DNA from: Candidatus Poribacteria bacterium
GTDB taxonomy: Bacteria; Poribacteria; WGA-4E; WGA-3G
Length of the DNA: 64,000 nucleotides
Assembly: GCA_965200395.1 (NCBI GenBank)
Contig: CBDAUH010000003.1
Span: 959,097-1,023,096, forward strand
Reading direction: 5' to 3'
In this document: piece by piece, positions 58,985 to 64,000 of the stretch
How the letters are laid out: each line of letters starts with the position of its first letter
How positions within the stretch are numbered: position 1 is the first letter of the stretch
Position numbers and translations under genes: made by a program
Notes under the pieces: generated by a model
The model's input: the letters and a program-made list of their open reading frames with translations, nothing else
Databases searched by the model: none
Told to the model about the DNA's origin: nothing

Positions 58985-60460
58985 GTGGATCCTCTAAAAA
59001 ATATTGAAAGTCTCGCCTATTTCAGTCCGGAGATAATTCTTGTTGTGTTCGCTGCAGCAGTGATTATCCTTGATCTTCTCGTGAAAAATCGGGAAAGTGA
59101 AAAGGTTGCCTATCTCTCTCTTGTAGGACTGGGATGCTCCCTGGTAGCTATTCTTGTCACGAATTCGTTTGTTAGTAGTGAAAAACCGATAGATCTCTTT
59201 TTGGGGATGATTCGGCTTGATGGGTTCGCTGTATTTTTCAAAATTCTTCTGCTTCTTGCAACCGCCGCAACCATCCTTTTTTCACTCCGCTCGGAGGAAC
59301 TCGATGCAAGATTGAAAGGCGAATATTATGCCTTGTTGTTAGCTATTACTTTTGGTATGTTTCTGATGGCATCGTCAACAAACTTGTTGATGATATTCAT
59401 TTCGTTAGAAACGGTCAGTCTTACGTCCTATATTCTCGCTGGATTTTTGACACACAGTCCACGTTCAAGTGAAGCAGCGTTCAAGTATATTACCTATGGT
59501 GCAGTTGCATCCGGAACGATGCTATTTGGATTATCTCTGCTTTTTGGTATGGCGAGGACAGGTGACCTTGCTCAGATTAGTTCACAGATTGCTGCTGTGC
59601 TTAGTTCTGGTGATATATCTTCCCTCGGTGTATTAGTTGCGATAACCTTCGTCCTGGCAGGTATAGGCTATAAAATTGCATCTGTCCCGTTCCACATGTG
59701 GTCTCCAGATGTCTACGAAGGTGCACCGATTCCGATAACAGCGTTCCTATCTGTTGCTTCGAAAGCCGCTGGGTTCGCGTTATTCCTAAGATTCTTCCAC
59801 ACGGGGTTCGGCACTTCTGAAATCATACAGTCAATTGACTGGGGTTTGTTATTAGCAATTGTTTCAGCACTCACGATGACTGTAGGAAACCTCGCTGCTC
59901 TACCTCAAAGGAACGTCAAACGTTTATTGGCATATTCGAGCATTGCACACGGGGGTTATCTGTTGATGGGTGCTGTCCTGTTGACACCTGAAGGACTTTA
60001 TGCTATTCTCTTCTATCTCATCGTCTATCTATTCATGAACTTAGGTGCTTTCTATGTTGTTATTCTAATAGCAAATGAAGCAGGCAGTGAAATGATAGAT
60101 GGCTACCGAGGGCTTGCTACCCGTGCTCCGTTAGTTGCTGGCGCAATGGCAGTTTTCCTTTTTTCACTGACTGGGATTCCGCCGTTAGCAGGTTTCTTTG
60201 GAAAATGGGTGCTGTTTTACGCGGTCATAGGCGAAGGATTGTATTGGTTAGCGTTTATCGGACTGCTAAACAGCGTTGTTTCCCTCTATTATTATGCTCG
60301 TATTGTAAAGGCGATGTATTTTGAAACTGCCGAAGATCCAAATAGTCTCTCCTTTTCTAATGGCACTTTTGCCCTATTAAGTGTCTTTGCTGTTCCCACA
60401 ATTTTCATCGGACTTTTGAATATATTCTATACCTTCTCAGATAAAATCACGCTTCAGTAG
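58985..60460 (+). CDS. nuoN: NADH-quinone oxidoreductase subunit N
   Basis: FHMWSPDVYEGAPIPITAFLS motif. GTG start after GGAGAA. Confidence 0.95.
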   Translation: MDPLKNIESLAYFSPEIILVVFAAAVIILDLLVKNRESEKVAYLSLVGLGCSLVAILVTNSFVSSEKPIDLFLGMIRLDGFAVFFKILLLLATAATILFSLRSEELDARLKGEYYALLLAITFGMFLMASSTNLLMIFISLETVSLTSYILAGFLTHSPRSSEAAFKYITYGAVASGTMLFGLSLLFGMARTGDLAQISSQIAAVLSSGDISSLGVLVAITFVLAGIGYKIASVPFHMWSPDVYEGAPIPITAFLSVASKAAGFALFLRFFHTGFGTSEIIQSIDWGLLLAIVSALTMTVGNLAALPQRNVKRLLAYSSIAHGGYLLMGAVLLTPEGLYAILFYLIVYLFMNLGAFYVVILIANEAGSEMIDGYRGLATRAPLVAGAMAVFLFSLTGIPPLAGFFGKWVLFYAVIGEGLYWLAFIGLLNSVVSLYYYARIVKAMYFETAEDPNSLSFSNGTFALLSVFAVPTIFIGLLNIFYTFSDKITLQ

Positions 60461-60477
60461 TAGATAATCGGAAAAGG

Positions 60478-60506
60478 TTGACAAGCGGTCTTTGCTGGGG
60501 TATACT
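60478..60506 (+). promoter_or_regulatory. Sigma-70-like promoter for tRNA-Gln
   Basis: TTGACA (60478..60483), 17 nt, TATACT (60501..60506), 15 nt before the tRNA 5' end. Confidence 0.55.
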
Positions 60507-60521
60507 TAACGTAGTAGTCAA

Positions 60522-60592
60522 TGCCCGGTCGTCTAATGGTAGGACGCATGGCTCTGGACCATGTAGTGAAGGTTCGAGTCCTTCCCGGGCAG
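60522..60592 (+). tRNA. tRNA-Gln (anticodon CTG)
   Basis: Hand-folded cloverleaf. Acceptor TGCCCGG/CCGGGCA (U1-A72 as in bacterial tRNA-Gln), D arm GTCT-AATGGTA-GGAC, anticodon arm CATGG-CT[CTG]GA-CCATG, T arm GAAGG-TTCGAGT-CCTTC. No encoded CCA. Confidence 0.85.
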
Positions 60593-60653
60593 TTGTTTTA
60601 TCGATCGACAAATGAGTTATTAGTACACGGCCCTATTGTAGAGAGGAGAAATA

Positions 60654-61087
60654 ATGGAACGGGTAGAGACTTCACCTGAAGATTATATTGCTAGCCAAGA
60701 CACAGAGACGCGCGCGGTTTTAAACGAACTTCACACGTTAATCAAGGCCGCCTTATCAGACAGTGATTGCTGTATGTGGGAAGGTGTATTCTGGGGTGGT
60801 AGCGAACAACGAATTATCGGTTACGGTAATTTTTTTATATTCGTTCTGATAAAAAGAAAGTTGAATGGTTTTTGGTGGGGTTGACTCGGCAGAAGAACTA
60901 CTTTAGTGTCTACATCAACGCCGTTGAAGGGAAACGCTATCTGGCAGAGATCTACAAAGACCTTCTCGGCAAAGTCAAAACGGGAAAAAGTTCTATCAGT
61001 TTTCGTAACTTGGGAGATGTTAATGTTGATGTGCTACGTGAAATGATTGAACATGCGGATAGATTGACTAACGAAAGCGACACATAG
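60654..61087 (+). pseudogene. DUF1801 (YdhG-like) domain protein with one apparent frameshift
   Basis: Track ORFs 60654..60884 and 60872..61087 join if the T7 run at 60830..60836 is read as T8: ...IIGYGNFFYIRSDKKKVEWFLVGLTRQKNYFSVYI.... Confidence 0.6.
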
Positions 61088-61131
61088 ACAACATCTACAA
61101 GGAATCTTGTCCGTTTCAATAACCCAATTAT

Positions 61132-61203
61132 GCCGCTATCGTCTAGGGGTTAGGACAGATGGTTCTCAGCCATCAAACCGGGGTTCGAATCCCCGTAGCG
61201 GTA
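61132..61203 (+). tRNA. tRNA-Glu (anticodon CTC)
   Basis: Hand-folded. Acceptor GCCGCTA/TAGCGGT (G1-U pair), D arm GTCT-AGGGGTTA-GGAC (Glu-like), anticodon arm GATGG-TT[CTC]AG-CCATC, T arm CGGGG-TTCGAAT-CCCCG. Confidence 0.8.
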
Positions 61204-61295
61204 TCTCTTCACTTGTATAGATGGGTTTGCTACCTGTCCATTGTCTTAACGCGTGAATCCTTCTTAATTATCACCCACAAAATGGAGATTGCCCC

Positions 61296-63362
61296 ATGCA
61301 TGATACCCCTAAACACACCAACCGTCTAATTCATGAAACAAGTCCATATTTACTCCAACATGCGCATAACCCCGTTGACTGGTTTCCGTGGGGTGAAGAG
61401 GCGTTGGAACTTTCAAAACGCGAACAGAAACCTATTTTACTGAGTATCGGATATTCTGCTTGCCACTGGTGCCACGTTATGGAGCGCGAGTCCTTTGAAA
61501 ATGAGGATATCGCTGCAATCATGAACGATCTGTTTGTCAACATCAAGGTGGACAGGGAGGAACGTCCCGATTTAGATGAGATTTATATGAATGCGGTCCA
61601 GGTTATGACTCGTCATGGTGGATGGCCTATGACTGTGTTTTTAACACCAGACTTGAAGCCGTTTTACGGTGGGACATATTATCCGCCTGAAGATAGGTAC
61701 GGTAGGCCCGGGTTTCCAAAAGTGATGCAAGCCGTAGCAGAAGCATATAATGAGAAAAACGCACAAGTATTGGAGCAAGCGGATCAAATCACTGCGCAGC
61801 TTAATCAGATAAGTAATCTTGTGGATTCTCATGAGCATGAACTCACTGAAGAACTTATGAATAAAGCCTTTCAGCACTACCGATCTCAATTCGATTCACA
61901 ATACGGTGGGTTTGGCAACGCCCCCAAATTTCCGCCTAGTATGGGTCTTCCCTTTCTCCTCCGTTACTGGCATCACAGTGGTAACGAATACGCATTAGAG
62001 ATGGTTGAACTTACATTACAAAAGATGGCACGCGGTGGTCTGTATGACCAGCTCGGAGGTGGTTTTCACCGATATTCTACAGATGCCCGTTGGCTCGTGC
62101 CACATTTTGAAAAAATGCTATATGACAACGCACAACTTGTTGTCGCATATTTTGAAGCATACCAAGCTACACAAAATACTTTCTATCTTGATATTGCTAC
62201 AGAGACGTTAGATTATGTGCTGCGTGAGATGTATGATACTGAAAATGGCGGTTTCTATTCTACACAAGATGCAGATAGTGAAGGCGTAGAAGGGAAATTC
62301 TTTGTCTGGGAACCTTCCGATGTAGAAGATATTATCGGTGAAGAGAACGCAGAGATTTTCTGTGAATATTATGACATCACACCGCACGGCAATTTTGAAG
62401 GGGAGAATATTCTACATGTGCAAACTCCATCGGATATTTTTGCCCGAAAAATCGGTATGGACATTGATGAGCTTGAAGTACTTCTGGCTGAAAGCAGAAA
62501 GAGACTATTTGATGAAAGAGAAAAACGTATTAAACCTGGATTAGACGACAAAATTCTGACTAGTTGGAACGGAATCATGATCCGCGGTATGGCGATGGCG
62601 TATCAGTTAACTGGGAAACCAGAGTACCTTACTGCATGCGAAAAATCCGCTGAGTTTGTTCTAACAACGCTGTCCCAAGATAATGGACTGCTTTTACGGA
62701 CTTATCGAGCGGGTAAAAGTCACCTCAACGCGTATCTTGAAGATTACTCGTACTTTATAGCAGGATTGATCACATTATACGAAGCGAGTTTTGAACCTAA
62801 ATGGTTGACTGAAGCAGAACGTCTTGCAAACAGTATGATTGACCAATTCGGAGATCCATCAAATGAGGGTTTTTTCTTCACAGGTAAAGCACACGAAACG
62901 CTCATCGTACAATCTAAATCCGCTTATGACGGTGCTACGCCGTCTGGCGCATCAATGGCAATCCACAGTCTTTTACGACTTGCTAAGCATTTGGACAAAC
63001 CTGAGTTTCATGACAAGGCGGTAGAGACATTGAAACTCTATTTTCATCAGATGGATGTAATGCCATCAGGTTCCGGGCAATTGCTGTGTGAGCTAGCGTT
63101 TTTATTGTCCACGCCGAAAGAGATCGCTATAATTGGTGAAAAAGAGGAAACCCAAACTAAAGCGATGTTGAATGCATTACACAACATGTATCTGCCTAAT
63201 AAAGTCATCGCATTGAGTGATTCAACAAATGGTGTTACCTTACCGCTCCTTGTAAATAGGTCGCAGATTAATAACATTGCAACTGCTTATGTGTGTGAAG
63301 ATTATGTCTGCAAAACACCGACAACTGATGTTGACGCATTTTTGCAGATGTTATCGGAATAA
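61296..63362 (+). CDS. Thioredoxin-domain protein of the DUF255/YyaL family (N-terminal Trx-like + (alpha/alpha)6 domain)
   Basis: [22 protein letters not shown] ... [13 protein letters not shown] is the hallmark N-terminus. 688 aa. Confidence 0.9.
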   Translation: MHDTPKHTNRLIHETSPYLLQHAHNPVDWFPWGEEALELSKREQKPILLSIGYSACHWCHVMERESFENEDIAAIMNDLFVNIKVDREERPDLDEIYMNAVQVMTRHGGWPMTVFLTPDLKPFYGGTYYPPEDRYGRPGFPKVMQAVAEAYNEKNAQVLEQADQITAQLNQISNLVDSHEHELTEELMNKAFQHYRSQFDSQYGGFGNAPKFPPSMGLPFLLRYWHHSGNEYALEMVELTLQKMARGGLYDQLGGGFHRYSTDARWLVPHFEKMLYDNAQLVVAYFEAYQATQNTFYLDIATETLDYVLREMYDTENGGFYSTQDADSEGVEGKFFVWEPSDVEDIIGEENAEIFCEYYDITPHGNFEGENILHVQTPSDIFARKIGMDIDELEVLLAESRKRLFDEREKRIKPGLDDKILTSWNGIMIRGMAMAYQLTGKPEYLTACEKSAEFVLTTLSQDNGLLLRTYRAGKSHLNAYLEDYSYFIAGLITLYEASFEPKWLTEAERLANSMIDQFGDPSNEGFFFTGKAHETLIVQSKSAYDGATPSGASMAIHSLLRLAKHLDKPEFHDKAVETLKLYFHQMDVMPSGSGQLLCELAFLLSTPKEIAIIGEKEETQTKAMLNALHNMYLPNKVIALSDSTNGVTLPLLVNRSQINNIATAYVCEDYVCKTPTTDVDAFLQMLSE

Positions 63363-63442
63363 AAAGGGACTACGAATGTATAGATAAAAGGCAAACAATT
63401 TAAGAGATACATCTTATTCGTTATGATATAGGGAGGAAAAGA

Positions 63443-64000
63443 GTGAAGTATACTGCATATTTCCAAGTATTTCTCATACTATTAGTTAGTTTTCTAATCG
63501 CGTGCGGAGAGACTGAAGAACGAGAACCGATTGTACCAGTAGTGACATTGGAATTTGTGGGTTACACAGATGCTGACAACGCACAATTCTCAATAACTGT
63601 GAAACCGAATACTAAAGAGTTACCGATATTAGTTGTATTCACCTCGGAGGGAAAAGAACCTATTCATGTTTGGAATGTTCACAAAAGGGGGCCAATAACA
63701 CAGATGTTTACAGTGCACCTGGATACCTCAGTGTCTTGGGAAGCTTCTATTATCGCTTACACAGAAGAAATTACTAAGGAGTACCCTTTGGAAAATTCAG
63801 ATATCTCCGTAGATATTTTAAGCGAATATGTATTAGGTGATACTTCACGAATTACAACAACTCCGTTAGAAGTATTTGTTGAAAATGAAATTGTTGTTCC
63901 TGAAGGTATGGTGTTGATTCCAGAAGGTGAATTTCAAATGGGAAGCGATGATGCAGAAGCAGAAGATAATGAAAAACCGGTGCACACGGTCTACATAGAC
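63443..64000 (+). CDS. Lipoprotein with the start of a formylglycine-generating-enzyme (FGE/SUMF1-type) domain; 3' end off the window
   Basis: GTG at 63443 after GGGAGGAAAAGA. Lipobox LIAC. The last 35 residues (EGMVLIPEGEFQMGSDD...EKPVHTVYID) are the typical start of the FGE-sulfatase domain. Confidence 0.65.
   Translation, partial: MKYTAYFQVFLILLVSFLIACGETEEREPIVPVVTLEFVGYTDADNAQFSITVKPNTKELPILVVFTSEGKEPIHVWNVHKRGPITQMFTVHLDTSVSWEASIIAYTEEITKEYPLENSDISVDILSEYVLGDTSRITTTPLEVFVENEIVVPEGMVLIPEGEFQMGSDDAEAEDNEKPVHTVYID

Overview
This is a 64-kb bacterial chromosomal window. Everything below is read by eye from the sequence and the ORF track; no database search was possible. The gene content includes paired sulfatases plus an FGE-type maturase, ThuA, Gfo/Idh/MocA, a xylose-isomerase-like TIM barrel, many TPR proteins and an 11-subunit nuo operon. 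That mix suggests an uncultivated Planctomycetota- or Poribacteria-like heterotroph, but this is only a guess.

Ordinary metabolic and housekeeping genes fill about 1-27 kb and 43-64 kb. They include an ECF sigma/anti-sigma pair, orphan oppD/oppF-like ATPases, SDRs, a formamidase, nuoABCD-HIJKLMN, tRNA-Gln and tRNA-Glu.

The centre (27.1-42.9 kb) is an accessory island full of insertion sequences.
- Two nearly identical ISAs1-family copies in inverted orientation bracket 8.2 kb.
- That 8.2 kb carries an XPB-like SF2 helicase with a DUF790/Bax1-like partner.
- It also carries a secreted trypsin-like protease fused to TPR repeats.
- It also carries a minus-strand three-gene operon behind a consensus promoter: an unrecognised gene of about 130 aa, a CD-NTase (cGAS/DncV-like cyclase) and an HNH-SAVED effector (Cap5-like). 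This is a type I-like CBASS with an extra leader gene.
- To the right, a paralogous protease-TPR gene is split by an IS4-family element. A third IS sits just downstream, followed by a tandem array of nine hairpin-forming 30-bp repeats.
- Two dispersed repeat families decorate the island: the 30-mer hairpin repeat and CGCGGATT clusters.

Best candidates for something new:
- the CBASS leader gene;
- the helicase/DUF790 pair in a defence-island context;
- a translationally coupled FRG-domain + TPR gene pair (20.5-23 kb);
- a 192-aa protein ending in Gly-Gly that is coupled to an E1-like MoeB/ThiF enzyme (8.2-9.6 kb).

Three apparent frameshifts all sit in homopolymer runs. All three are fixed by adding one base, so assembly error is more likely than real pseudogenes. 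No rRNA genes or CRISPR arrays were seen.
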